Positions 21,352-30,540 of a stretch of 64,000 nt of DNA are shown here, piece after piece; the first letter of the stretch is position 1, and every line of letters starts with the position of its first letter. This stretch comes from a virus (lineage: Duplodnaviria > Caudoviricetes), in IMG/VR virus record IMGVR_UViG_3300033066_001625, positions 25,906-89,905 of that record; one strand, given 5' to 3'. Below the pieces are notes generated by a model. That model did not search any database and was not told the DNA's origin. It saw only the letters and a list, made by a program, of their open reading frames with translations. Both the position numbers and the translations under genes were made by a program.

Positions 21352-21368
21352 GGTGGGTGGGTAAAGCT

Positions 21369-21605
21369 ATGATTTACGGAAAAGTCAGAGAAAAGATGGA
21401 AAAAGTATTGCCATACTTTTTGTTCGCTTTTAATCCAAATGACAAGACACTCATTATGGTTTATACGGAAAGTTTTAACAAAATAACTCCGAACACCAAG
21501 CCATTTGTTGTGCAAAATACGGTAAACAATACTTTCGAGTATGAACAAGAAACTTATTCTGAGGATGAGTTTTGCAGATTGCTTGATCTATTAGTTTTTA
21601 CCTGA
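21369..21605 (+). CDS. small hypothetical protein, weak member of the C-terminal motif family (...EDEFCRLLDLLVFT*)
   Basis: ATG at 21369 preferred because the track TTG start at 21324 is the -35 box. Confidence 0.55.
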   Translation: MIYGKVREKMEKVLPYFLFAFNPNDKTLIMVYTESFNKITPNTKPFVVQNTVNNTFEYEQETYSEDEFCRLLDLLVFT

Positions 21606-21621
21606 TGATATAGGATTCGAC

Positions 21622-22758
21622 ATGAAAGTATGTTGGTTTGGATTTTTAGGCAAAAATCATAGTTGGTCTATTGTTGCCCAAAATATCTCTAGAGAATTGA
21701 TCAGATTGGGGCATGAGGTAGATTTGTTTTCTACCAATGGTTTAGAACACTTTCCAGAAGACCTAAAACCATATCTCAAAGGTTCTATAGAAGAATCTAC
21801 ACAAGTCACAGCAAACAATTATCAATCTATAATCGGCGGCAAATTAGACACCAAGTATGATATGCAACTATCATATACTGCTTTGAAGAATTTTCCTCAC
21901 TATTTTGTTAGAGGAAACAAAAACAGATTTGGTATTTGGAATTACGAAACCACCGTATTACCAACAGCTTTTGCCAAGTGCTATAAAGCTGTGGATAAAG
22001 TATTGCCCTCTTCTTCTTTTTCGAAGAAGATATTCATGGACAATGGTATTCCTGCCGAAAATCAAGTGATGATACCACATGGTATTCATTTGGATAGATT
22101 TCAAAACCTATCTAAATATCCTCTTAAAACTAAAAAGAAGTACAAGATACTTGCCAATATCGCTCAGCCGCATCTGAGAAAAAACATTCCTAATTTGTTG
22201 AAAACCTACGGTAAGGCATTCACTAAAAATGATGACGTATGTTTAGTTTTGAAGATTTCAAAACGCAATAGTAAAACTTCTTTCGAAGTCAATTTTGATG
22301 AGATTTACAAAGACTTCAAAACTAAATTCAAAAACCACGGAGATATAGAGATTTTGGATAAGTTCATTGTAGATATTGAATGTCTTTACAATGCTTGTGA
22401 TATGGTAATTACTATGGCTAATAGTGAGTGTTTTTGGATGCCAGGTTTAGAGGGATTTGCTGCCAACAAAATTGTGGTTGCACCTCGTTACGGCGGGCAG
22501 CTGGATTACATGAACGATGACAATTCTATTTTGATTGGTGGAAAAGAGATTCGCGCCGATATTAAGATGCAATATTGGGAGCCATCTGCTTATGCAAAAG
22601 TATTTGCTCCGGATGTTGATGAGTGTGCAGCCAAATTGAAAGATGTTATCGCTAACTATGATGATTATCTAGCTAAGTTTTCTCCCAAGATGCAAGAAAT
22701 ATTGCCTCAGTATACTTGGAGAAATGTCACTGAGAGAATTGTTTCTTTGTGTGAGTGA
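21622..22758 (+). CDS. GT-B fold glycosyltransferase (GT4-like)
   Basis: IPHGI, RKNIPNLLK, YNACDMVITMANSECFWMPGLEGFAANKIVVAPRYGG resemble GT4 C-terminal signature. Confidence 0.85.
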   Translation: MKVCWFGFLGKNHSWSIVAQNISRELIRLGHEVDLFSTNGLEHFPEDLKPYLKGSIEESTQVTANNYQSIIGGKLDTKYDMQLSYTALKNFPHYFVRGNKNRFGIWNYETTVLPTAFAKCYKAVDKVLPSSSFSKKIFMDNGIPAENQVMIPHGIHLDRFQNLSKYPLKTKKKYKILANIAQPHLRKNIPNLLKTYGKAFTKNDDVCLVLKISKRNSKTSFEVNFDEIYKDFKTKFKNHGDIEILDKFIVDIECLYNACDMVITMANSECFWMPGLEGFAANKIVVAPRYGGQLDYMNDDNSILIGGKEIRADIKMQYWEPSAYAKVFAPDVDECAAKLKDVIANYDDYLAKFSPKMQEILPQYTWRNVTERIVSLCE

Positions 22759-22761
22759 ATT

Positions 22762-22980
22762 ATGGAACCTATTAGACAAGAATTGGTTGTTTTGCCGGCT
22801 GATCCTGGTGTAGTTCATTTGGCAGCACATCGTCGACTTGTGATTACATCTGATGGCAAATTCCGCGTCAAGAAAAATACTGGCAAAATAGGGTTTACAG
22901 TCAGAGAAACAATAGGCATTGCAGTTATCAATACCAGGGGTGTTTCAAAGGGCAACAAATCTGTTATTATTGGTACATAA
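22762..22980 (+). CDS. hypothetical protein
   Basis: 72-aa ORF tightly packed in operon. Confidence 0.55.
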   Translation: MEPIRQELVVLPADPGVVHLAAHRRLVITSDGKFRVKKNTGKIGFTVRETIGIAVINTRGVSKGNKSVIIGT

Positions 22981-23010
22981 ATTTCATATTCATAATTTGG
23001 AGATTATATT

Positions 23011-23874
23011 ATGCCTGAAGGCGTTGAAGTAAAGATTAGTGGTGAACTAATAAAACCATTAGTTCAAAACAAATATGTAAGTAAAGTTCGTTTTGATGAT
23101 GATAGTAGATATGGATACAATAAACCAGAGGCAGAAGGTCATAAAGAGTTTCTAGATTCTTTTAGGAAATTAGAAAATATTGGATATGTTGTTTCACCTT
23201 TGAAGATTATTGATGTCAAATCAAAAGGCAAATTCATGTACTGGCAATTTGATAATGGCTGGTACATGTTTTGTACTTTTGGGATGACGGGGCAATGGTC
23301 TCCAAATCCTGGCAAACATATTTGTATGACCATGAAACTATATGATGATGAAGGTAAGTTTAGCGAAGTCTATTTCAATGACCCTAGACACTTCGGTTCT
23401 ATTAAATTTGTTTCATCTGAGAAAGAACTCAAAGAAAAGCTTGGAGAATTTGGTTGGGATCCTTTACAAACTCCATTAGATAAGTGGTCAGATTGGATAA
23501 AATCCGAATTGAAAAAATCAAAGAAGCCAATTGGACAAGTTCTATTGGATCAATCTGTCTTTGCAGGAGTTGGCAATTATATTAGAGCGGAAGCTTTGTA
23601 TGATGCCAAGATTTCTCCTTGGAAGTTGTGCAAAAACATGTCAAGTACAGAAGTTGATACTTTGTGTGAGTCAATCATAAAAGTTATGAAAGAATCTTAC
23701 GATCATCAGGGCGCAACGCTTCTCACTTACAAAGATGCTTATGGCAATGAAGGCAAGTATTCTTCCTGTTTTAAGGTTTATGGTAAAACCAAAGATCCAT
23801 TGGGCAATTCCATAAAATCTGAATCGACACCAGAAGGAAGAACTATTCATTGGTGTCCCGCAATCCAAAAATAA
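23011..23874 (+). CDS. Fpg/Nei DNA glycosylase/AP lyase, zincless-finger type
   Basis: N-terminal PEG.E, KGK, FGMTG, D.RHFG, H2TH LLDQSVFAGVGNYIRAEAL, C-terminal RTIHWCPAIQK without four-Cys finger. Confidence 0.9.
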   Translation: MPEGVEVKISGELIKPLVQNKYVSKVRFDDDSRYGYNKPEAEGHKEFLDSFRKLENIGYVVSPLKIIDVKSKGKFMYWQFDNGWYMFCTFGMTGQWSPNPGKHICMTMKLYDDEGKFSEVYFNDPRHFGSIKFVSSEKELKEKLGEFGWDPLQTPLDKWSDWIKSELKKSKKPIGQVLLDQSVFAGVGNYIRAEALYDAKISPWKLCKNMSSTEVDTLCESIIKVMKESYDHQGATLLTYKDAYGNEGKYSSCFKVYGKTKDPLGNSIKSESTPEGRTIHWCPAIQK

Positions 23875-23924
23875 TCTTTAATCACCAGATATAGAGGTAG
23901 CGAACTTTCATGAAGAGATGAAAT

Positions 23925-24890
23925 ATGTCGCTATCAACTAAGATATTAATTGCCCTCGGAGTAATCCTAGTCATTCTTGGACTAGGATTCATCATCTATA
24001 AACAAAACGAAATCTCAACTCGTCAACAAGCCATTGAAACACAAATTATTCGGCAAAAAGAATTGGCTGACAATATCATGCGTTCGCAAAGTGGTTATGC
24101 CACCAAAGATGATATTGAAAAATTTATCAAAGACAATGGTGTAAATCTAAAAGCTATTCAAGATGATTTGAATAAGCTACACGCTTCTATTAGTGCAGCC
24201 AATACAGTAGTAGTGATGAGTTCTGGACAAACAGCAGGTAATTTGCCTAGTAGTTCAACTGGTGTAGTTAATCCCACTCCTACTACCGTAGATACTTATG
24301 GCTATTTGAAAAATGCACAATTACTAAATCTTCACGAAGACTTTTCGGGAACTCCTGTTCCGATTGGTCAAGTGGGATTTTCCGCATGGCAACAAAATCC
24401 ATGGAATATTAACATCTCTCCAAGAGCATATAAAGTAACAAATGTTATTGGAACAGATGACAATCAAAGAACATATGTGTATAATAAATTCATAGTAACC
24501 GTTGACAACAAGGACTATGAGGTTAAGATAGCTAAGGCAGAAACTAAGCAAGAGTATCCAACAGCTAAATGGAGTTGGTGGAATCCTAGATTGTTTATTG
24601 GTGCCGATGGTGGAATTACAGTTAGTAAAGTTAAGGGAGAGTTTACCCCTAGCCTTAACTTAGGTATTATGTCTTATGGTCAGTACAAGACTTCACCTGA
24701 CTTCTCCGTACTACAAGTAGGTGTGGGTATAGGAGTTGTATCACAAAGACCACAATTCATTCTTACTCCTGCGGCTTATAATATTGGTAAACATATTCCA
24801 TTGATGAATAATACTTACATAGCACCTTCTGTGCAAGTTGGTACAGACGGTAGTGTTTCAATTATGGCGGGATTAAGGGTAGGACTATAA
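23925..24890 (+). CDS. membrane-anchored protein (N-terminal TM helix, coiled coil, C-terminal amphipathic beta strands)
   Basis: ILIALGVILVILGLGFIIY helix; Q/E/K-rich coil; Gly/aromatic alternating C-terminal strands. Confidence 0.7.
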   Translation: MSLSTKILIALGVILVILGLGFIIYKQNEISTRQQAIETQIIRQKELADNIMRSQSGYATKDDIEKFIKDNGVNLKAIQDDLNKLHASISAANTVVVMSSGQTAGNLPSSSTGVVNPTPTTVDTYGYLKNAQLLNLHEDFSGTPVPIGQVGFSAWQQNPWNINISPRAYKVTNVIGTDDNQRTYVYNKFIVTVDNKDYEVKIAKAETKQEYPTAKWSWWNPRLFIGADGGITVSKVKGEFTPSLNLGIMSYGQYKTSPDFSVLQVGVGIGVVSQRPQFILTPAAYNIGKHIPLMNNTYIAPSVQVGTDGSVSIMAGLRVGL

Positions 24891-24895
24891 CAAAT

Positions 24896-25093
24896 ATGGA
24901 ACTTGGAATTTACAGACATTACAAAGGAAAACTATACGAAGTAACCTCAGTTGCTAAACATACTGAGACTTTGGAAGAAATGGTTGTTTATAGGGATCTC
25001 AAAGACCAATATTGGGTTCGACCTTTGTCAATGTTTTTAGAACAAGTGGAGGTTGACGGTTCTTGGATTCCTAGATTTGAAAAGGCAATATGA
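24896..25093 (+). CDS. DUF1653-family small protein
   Basis: GIYRHYKGKLYEV...HTET.E.MVVY....WVRP..MF signature. Confidence 0.85.
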   Translation: MELGIYRHYKGKLYEVTSVAKHTETLEEMVVYRDLKDQYWVRPLSMFLEQVEVDGSWIPRFEKAI

Positions 25094-26049
25094 GTAGGAA
25101 AAAAGTCTTAATAACTGGTTCTTGTGGTTTCATTTTTGGCAATTTTGTTAGAAAAGCCATCTATGAGAAACACCCATATCAATTCGTCAGCTTAGATAGG
25201 GTAAGTGCCAATGCCATTAATTCTATGTATTGGAATAAGAATCATACTTTCCATGTCGCTGACGTAAGAGATCAACATATCATAGATGTCATCTTTCAAT
25301 TCGAGAAGCCTGATATTGTGATTCATGGGGCAGCCGAAACTTTTATAGATTCATCTTTAAATGACCCCAATTCTTTCGTCACTTCTAATGTTTTGGGAAC
25401 ACAAGTTATTATCAATGCTTGTTTGAAACACAAAGTAGAGAGATTAATCTATGTGTCTACAGATAGTGTTTATGGGCACTTAGAAAGTGAACATGATCCT
25501 CTCTGGACCGAGGACTCGCCCTTAAATCCAAGAAATTCTTACGCTGTTACCAAAGCCGCCGGTGAGATGTTGGTTAAAGCTGCCCACCAATCTCATGGTC
25601 TAATTTATAACATTACTAGAAGTTCCAGTAACTATGGTCCACGCCAAACGCCGGAGAAATTGATTCCCAAGGCGATTAAGAGCATTCTACATGGGGAGAA
25701 GATTCCTATCTATGGTCAAGGATTACAGATAAGGGATTGGACGCATGTATTTGACAATTGTTCAGCAATTTTGACGGTTCTGAATAAAGGGGATCCCAAC
25801 CAAGTCTATAATATTTCTGCCAATCAAGAATTGACTAATCTAGAGGTTATTCAAAAGGTTTGTAATGCGGTAGAAAAAGGTCATGAATTGATTTCATTTG
25901 TGGAAGATCCTCGTGTGGGGCATGACTTTAGACATGGCGCAGACTCTTCAAAGATCAGGTCTTTAGGTTGGGAGCCCAAATACAAGTTTAAGGATGGCGT
26001 TATAGAGACCGTCGGATGGTATTTGAATAATCAATGGTTTTTGAAGTGA
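25090..26049 (+). CDS. NAD-dependent NDP-sugar dehydratase/epimerase, RmlB(RfbB)-like
   Basis: ITGSCGFI, HGAAET, STDSVYG, YAVTK, NYGPRQ.PEKLIP, GQGLQIRDW, DPRVGHD.RH motifs. Confidence 0.88.
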   Translation: MSRKKVLITGSCGFIFGNFVRKAIYEKHPYQFVSLDRVSANAINSMYWNKNHTFHVADVRDQHIIDVIFQFEKPDIVIHGAAETFIDSSLNDPNSFVTSNVLGTQVIINACLKHKVERLIYVSTDSVYGHLESEHDPLWTEDSPLNPRNSYAVTKAAGEMLVKAAHQSHGLIYNITRSSSNYGPRQTPEKLIPKAIKSILHGEKIPIYGQGLQIRDWTHVFDNCSAILTVLNKGDPNQVYNISANQELTNLEVIQKVCNAVEKGHELISFVEDPRVGHDFRHGADSSKIRSLGWEPKYKFKDGVIETVGWYLNNQWFLK

Positions 26050-26056
26050 GGGAAAT

Positions 26057-26314
26057 ATGTCATTAAAATCTGCTGTAGAACTATTACAAATAGCGCATAA
26101 TAGTATAGAAATCAAGAATGGTCCTTTCGGTAAAGGTAAGCATGCTTTAACGTTGGAAAATGGCACTTTGGTACTCACAATTAACACAGGTTATGAGTTC
26201 AAAAATTTCCTATTAGATGAGGCAGACCTGGTAAAAGATCCGCAAGAGTTAATTCTGGAAATCGTGGGATTTTTGGAGAGGGAAACGGCAGACCTTTTGA
26301 AAGAGATGAATTGA
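26057..26314 (+). CDS. hypothetical protein
   Basis: 85-aa ORF with GAGGG SD. Confidence 0.6.
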   Translation: MSLKSAVELLQIAHNSIEIKNGPFGKGKHALTLENGTLVLTINTGYEFKNFLLDEADLVKDPQELILEIVGFLERETADLLKEMN

Positions 26315-26315
26315 A

Positions 26316-27683
26316 ATGTCAGTTAAACATTCTATACAACAAGACAAACCAGAAGAAGTGATTGATGATATGACAGATAACAACGAAGAAAAAGAACAAC
26401 AAGATAAATTAGCCGCACTTAAAGCAAAAAGTCAAGCAAGACAACAAGAAAATCAAGCAAAAGCCGAGGCAAAGATGGCATCTAAGATTGTTTCAAAGAA
26501 GGAAAGAAGTCTAGCACTAGGAGTATTAGGTTCCGGTCAAGCTGGTTCAAGAATTGCAGAAGCGTTTTACAAACTTGGATATGATTCAATAGTAGTAAAC
26601 ACTGCTATGCAGGATCTTAAGTTTATTGATATTCCAGATTCTAATAAGTTATTGTTAGAGTATGGTTTGGGTGGTGCAGCCAAGGAAATTGAAATTGGAA
26701 AAGCCGCCGCCGAAGCTCATCGTGGTGAGATTTTGCAATTGGTCAACGATAAACTAAGCTCTTCTCAAGTCAATCTATTGTGCTTGAGTTTGGGCGGTGG
26801 TTCTGGTGCAGGTTCCTGCGAAACTTTGGTTGAGCTATTGTCAGAATTAGGCAAGCCATTGATAGTTATTACCGTTTTACCAATGGACACGGAAGATGCT
26901 CAAACTAAAAGCAACGCTTTGGAAACTTTATCTAAATTGGCTAAGATGGCACAATCTAAGAAAGTAAACAACTTGATTGTGGTAGATAATGCCAAAATAG
27001 AAACCATTTATCATCATGTTAGCCAAATGGATTTCTATAGTGTAGCCAACAAAGCCATTGTAGATCCAATTGATATGTTTAACACTCTTTCCTCTATGCC
27101 ATCTTCAACCAAGGCATTAGATCCTATGGAGTGGTCAAAGCTCTTTATTGATGGTGAAGGTTTAAGTGTCTATGGAGAATTCTCTGTAGAAAACTATCAA
27201 GAAGATACTGCCATTGCTGAGGCTGTTATCAACAATCTTTCCGGCAATCTTTTGGCAGAAGGATTTGATCTCAAGCAATCAAAGTATGTTGGATTCATTA
27301 TTGCCGCCAATAAGAATGTTTGGTCCAAAATTCCAGCATCTAGTGTTAACTACGCCAGCAGCATGATCAATGATTTATGTGGAAATCCAAAGGGAGTTTT
27401 CAAAGGAATGTATGTCATTGATTCTCCAGAAGATACAGTTAAAGTTTATTCTATGTTTTCTGGATTGGGATTACCTTCTGTCAGAGTTGAACAACTTAAG
27501 AGTGAGACCAAAGAATTGCAATCCAAGGTTAAGACCAAGGATGAATCCAGAAATCTAACTCTACAGTTGGATACTGGAACCAATGACACTGTGTCTGCCG
27601 CTCAGAAAATCAAGGAAAAAATTGCTGCTAAGTCCTCTGCATTTGGCAAGCTTATGGGTGGCGTGGTAGACAGAAGAAAGTGA
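26316..27683 (+). CDS. tubulin/FtsZ-superfamily GTPase (PhuZ/TubZ/CetZ-like)
   Basis: G.GQAGSRIA, VNTA..D, SLGGGSGAG signature loop, VVDN. Confidence 0.9.
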   Translation: MSVKHSIQQDKPEEVIDDMTDNNEEKEQQDKLAALKAKSQARQQENQAKAEAKMASKIVSKKERSLALGVLGSGQAGSRIAEAFYKLGYDSIVVNTAMQDLKFIDIPDSNKLLLEYGLGGAAKEIEIGKAAAEAHRGEILQLVNDKLSSSQVNLLCLSLGGGSGAGSCETLVELLSELGKPLIVITVLPMDTEDAQTKSNALETLSKLAKMAQSKKVNNLIVVDNAKIETIYHHVSQMDFYSVANKAIVDPIDMFNTLSSMPSSTKALDPMEWSKLFIDGEGLSVYGEFSVENYQEDTAIAEAVINNLSGNLLAEGFDLKQSKYVGFIIAANKNVWSKIPASSVNYASSMINDLCGNPKGVFKGMYVIDSPEDTVKVYSMFSGLGLPSVRVEQLKSETKELQSKVKTKDESRNLTLQLDTGTNDTVSAAQKIKEKIAAKSSAFGKLMGGVVDRRK

Positions 27684-27716
27684 TATCTGCCGCAGAATAA
27701 TTGATATTTTGTCGAG

Positions 27717-27753
27717 ATGTGGGTACTAGTTATATATTGACTAGTACCCATAT
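27717..27753 (+). promoter_or_regulatory. 11-bp perfect inverted repeat abutting the helicase start codon
   Basis: TGGGTACTAGT (27720-27730) / ACTAGTACCCA (27740-27750), 9-nt loop; ATG at 27752. Confidence 0.6.
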
Positions 27754-29269
27754 GACTAAGATAATCATCAAAGGCAACAACTCGCAAATTACCGAAGAAT
27801 CTGATGTCAATCACATTCTCGCATTAGATAAACATTTGTCATTCAAGGTCCAAGGGGCAGAGCATACTGCTGCCTACAGAGGATTTTTTAACAAGGGTGG
27901 CGATTTCGTAAAGTGGGATGGCATGAAAAAACTGCTGACTCCCACTTTGCTTTTTCCATCTGGACTATTAGAAAGAGTTAAGGCGTTCTATGACGAAGCA
28001 GGAAAAACTTATGAAGTCGTGGATAAGCGCCCCGCCAAATCCATTGGAACTGAGAGACACATATTAGAAAATTTGAAGAAATTGGAGAAGGAGCCGCGCC
28101 CCTATCAGATGGAAATTCTCAAGGTCATTGACAACAATGATCGAGGAATTATTAAGGTAGCAACGGGTGGAGGTAAGAGCCTGATCGCCGCCCTTATTGC
28201 CGCAAAATTGGGCAAGAAGACCATAATCTATGTAATTGGTAAAGATTTGCTTTATCAATTTTACGACTTTTTCTCTGAAGTGTTTGACGAAGAAATTGGC
28301 ATCATTGGTGATGGTAAATGTATCATCAAAGATATCAATATCGCCAGCATTTGGTCTGTGGGTCAAGCCATTGGTTTAGACAAAAAAGATATTCTGTTGG
28401 ATGAAAATGGAGACGAAAAAGAAGTTGTAAAAAGCAAGTACATTGAAATCAATAAGATGATGAAAGAAGCTAAAGTTCACATCATTGATGAGTGTCACAT
28501 GTCGGCTTGCGATACCATTCAACAGATTTTCAAAACATCTAAAGCAGAGCACATTTATGGATTAAGCGGTTCGCCTTGGAGAGATGATGGTGCTGATTTA
28601 CTGATCGAATCAATATTAGGTAAGTACATTGTTAATATCTCTGCTTCACAATTGATTAAGCAAGGGTTCCTAGCACAACCTTTAATCAGATTTAGAGTTG
28701 TGCCACCCTATCCATTGTTCTTGGACAAGGTTTATCCTTCTGTGTACAAGAAGTATGTGGTTGAGAATGAAGTAAGAAATGGTTTGGTTTTAGATGCTGC
28801 CAAAACCATGGTTGAGAAGGGATACCAGACATTGGTTCTTTTCAATAGCTTGAAACATGGTAAGATTTTATATGAGTTGTTTCAAGAGCATATGAATTGT
28901 GCGCTTCTTGATGGTAATAATGATCAAGAAGAAAGAGATAAAGTCAAGAAAGACTTAATGGAACACAAGATAGATTGTGTTTTAGCATCTAAGATTTTTG
29001 ATATTGGCGTTGATATACCCAGCTTATCTGGCTTGGTGATAGCTTGTGGCGGTAAATCTACAGTCAAAGCTTTACAAAGAGTAGGTAGAGTTATTAGAAA
29101 GTATCCTGGAAAAAAGTTTTCTGTCATTATAGATTTCGTAGACCAGGCTCATTTTTTGCAAGAACATTCTAAGATTAGATACAAAATCTATTCATCCGAA
29201 GATGGCTTTGATGTTCAGCTTCCCAGCTCTGTAAAGTGGAGAAAAGGCAAATTGTCTAGCGAACAATGA
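27752..29269 (+). CDS. superfamily 2 DNA helicase (UvsW/XPB-like)
   Basis: Motif I ATGGGKS, motif II DECH, SGSP, DIGVDIP, QRVGR; ATG 27752 preferred over track TTG 27701. Confidence 0.9.
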   Translation: MTKIIIKGNNSQITEESDVNHILALDKHLSFKVQGAEHTAAYRGFFNKGGDFVKWDGMKKLLTPTLLFPSGLLERVKAFYDEAGKTYEVVDKRPAKSIGTERHILENLKKLEKEPRPYQMEILKVIDNNDRGIIKVATGGGKSLIAALIAAKLGKKTIIYVIGKDLLYQFYDFFSEVFDEEIGIIGDGKCIIKDINIASIWSVGQAIGLDKKDILLDENGDEKEVVKSKYIEINKMMKEAKVHIIDECHMSACDTIQQIFKTSKAEHIYGLSGSPWRDDGADLLIESILGKYIVNISASQLIKQGFLAQPLIRFRVVPPYPLFLDKVYPSVYKKYVVENEVRNGLVLDAAKTMVEKGYQTLVLFNSLKHGKILYELFQEHMNCALLDGNNDQEERDKVKKDLMEHKIDCVLASKIFDIGVDIPSLSGLVIACGGKSTVKALQRVGRVIRKYPGKKFSVIIDFVDQAHFLQEHSKIRYKIYSSEDGFDVQLPSSVKWRKGKLSSEQ

Positions 29270-29279
29270 TTGGTGAAAT

Positions 29280-29885
29280 ATGGTTAAGAAAAAAGAAGAT
29301 GTAACTGGCGGTGAATTAACAGATGTTCCTAACGAACAATACAAGAAGTTTTTTGATAAATTCGCCGAAGTGGATACTCTAAGTCCGGAGAATTGGAAAC
29401 CAGTTCATATACTAGGATATTTCTGTAAGAAGTATCAAGAGACTTATGATAAGAAATATCAGTTTAAGTTTAATAGTCCATCTCCCATGAAGTGTTTTGA
29501 AGTCTTTCAAGTAAAGAAACTGGCGATGCATTTGACTGCTAATCCAACTCTGTTGAAAGAATACATAGATTGGGTGTATGATAACAAAGTAGTCAAAGCT
29601 AAAAGAAGGTTAACTTCTATTTCTTTTATGACTAATGAAGGGATTGTAAATGAATACAAATTCAACGTACTTCTTGCGGGCAAAAGAAATCTCAATGTCG
29701 ATAGGTCAACACCTTTACCCGATAAGTATAAGACCATTTTTTCAGGAGCCGGCGTATCAATTAGCACTTATGGTGATTTGGCGTTTGTTTCTCAAATGAG
29801 CGACATGTCTGATGAACTCAAAACAGCTTTCTCTACTATAGAGGAAATGGGTTTTGATAAGGAAGTCTTGGGAAGAATTGTATGA
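29280..29885 (+). CDS. hypothetical protein, possible replication initiator/loader partner
   Basis: 201 aa, upstream of DnaC-like and DnaB genes; function inferred from context only. Confidence 0.45.
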   Translation: MVKKKEDVTGGELTDVPNEQYKKFFDKFAEVDTLSPENWKPVHILGYFCKKYQETYDKKYQFKFNSPSPMKCFEVFQVKKLAMHLTANPTLLKEYIDWVYDNKVVKAKRRLTSISFMTNEGIVNEYKFNVLLAGKRNLNVDRSTPLPDKYKTIFSGAGVSISTYGDLAFVSQMSDMSDELKTAFSTIEEMGFDKEVLGRIV

Positions 29886-30223
29886 TCTTAGAATCTTATG
29901 CCAAACATGCAAAAAGATTTAGTGGCATGTCACCTCATCAAATACTACCCTCTTTGAATATTAAATGGGGGATGGCGACCACCAAACTAGAAACAATAGA
30001 AGAAGATGTTAAGAGTTACATACAAAGTAATATGAAATTCTTAACAACTTTTATGGATTTCCCCGATGATTTAAATCAAAACCTCGATAAGATTATCTGC
30101 TTCTATATTAATGATTTATTAATATCAGATGATGTGATTTGTTGTTTTGTATACACTGAGGAAACTCTTGATGATTTGCTTGTGAAAATGGAAAGAATAG
30201 TAAACATAAAGGCATTCATATGA
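29882..30223 (+). CDS. small protein with C-terminal motif (...MERIVNIKAFI*)
   Basis: 113 aa; ATGA overlaps at both ends. Confidence 0.7.
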   Translation: MILESYAKHAKRFSGMSPHQILPSLNIKWGMATTKLETIEEDVKSYIQSNMKFLTTFMDFPDDLNQNLDKIICFYINDLLISDDVICCFVYTEETLDDLLVKMERIVNIKAFI

Positions 30224-30540
30224 TTGTTTACAATAAAGAAGTAAGTGGGGCATTAGAAAAATTCTTAGCTGATAATAACTTAAAACAACCTGATGTATCA
30301 ATGCTTTTTTCTTTTACTCATATTGAAGCAACTGGAGTATTCAAGGCTGATTTTCAAGAAGAAAATAGATATTATGATGCTCGAATATTTTTTATCGTGC
30401 CCGAACAAGTTGCTGGCACATGCTTTCTACTTCCTTCTGAATACAATAGTGATATGAATGTAATGTATTTCATTACTCTAAGCCCAGAAGAAATAATGAA
30501 GTTTTTGGATAAGTTTCCAAAGATAAAGGTGTTTTTATGA
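30220..30540 (+). CDS. small protein with C-terminal motif (...LDKFPKIKVFL*)
   Basis: 106 aa; ATGA overlaps at both ends. Confidence 0.7.
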   Translation: MIVYNKEVSGALEKFLADNNLKQPDVSMLFSFTHIEATGVFKADFQEENRYYDARIFFIVPEQVAGTCFLLPSEYNSDMNVMYFITLSPEEIMKFLDKFPKIKVFL

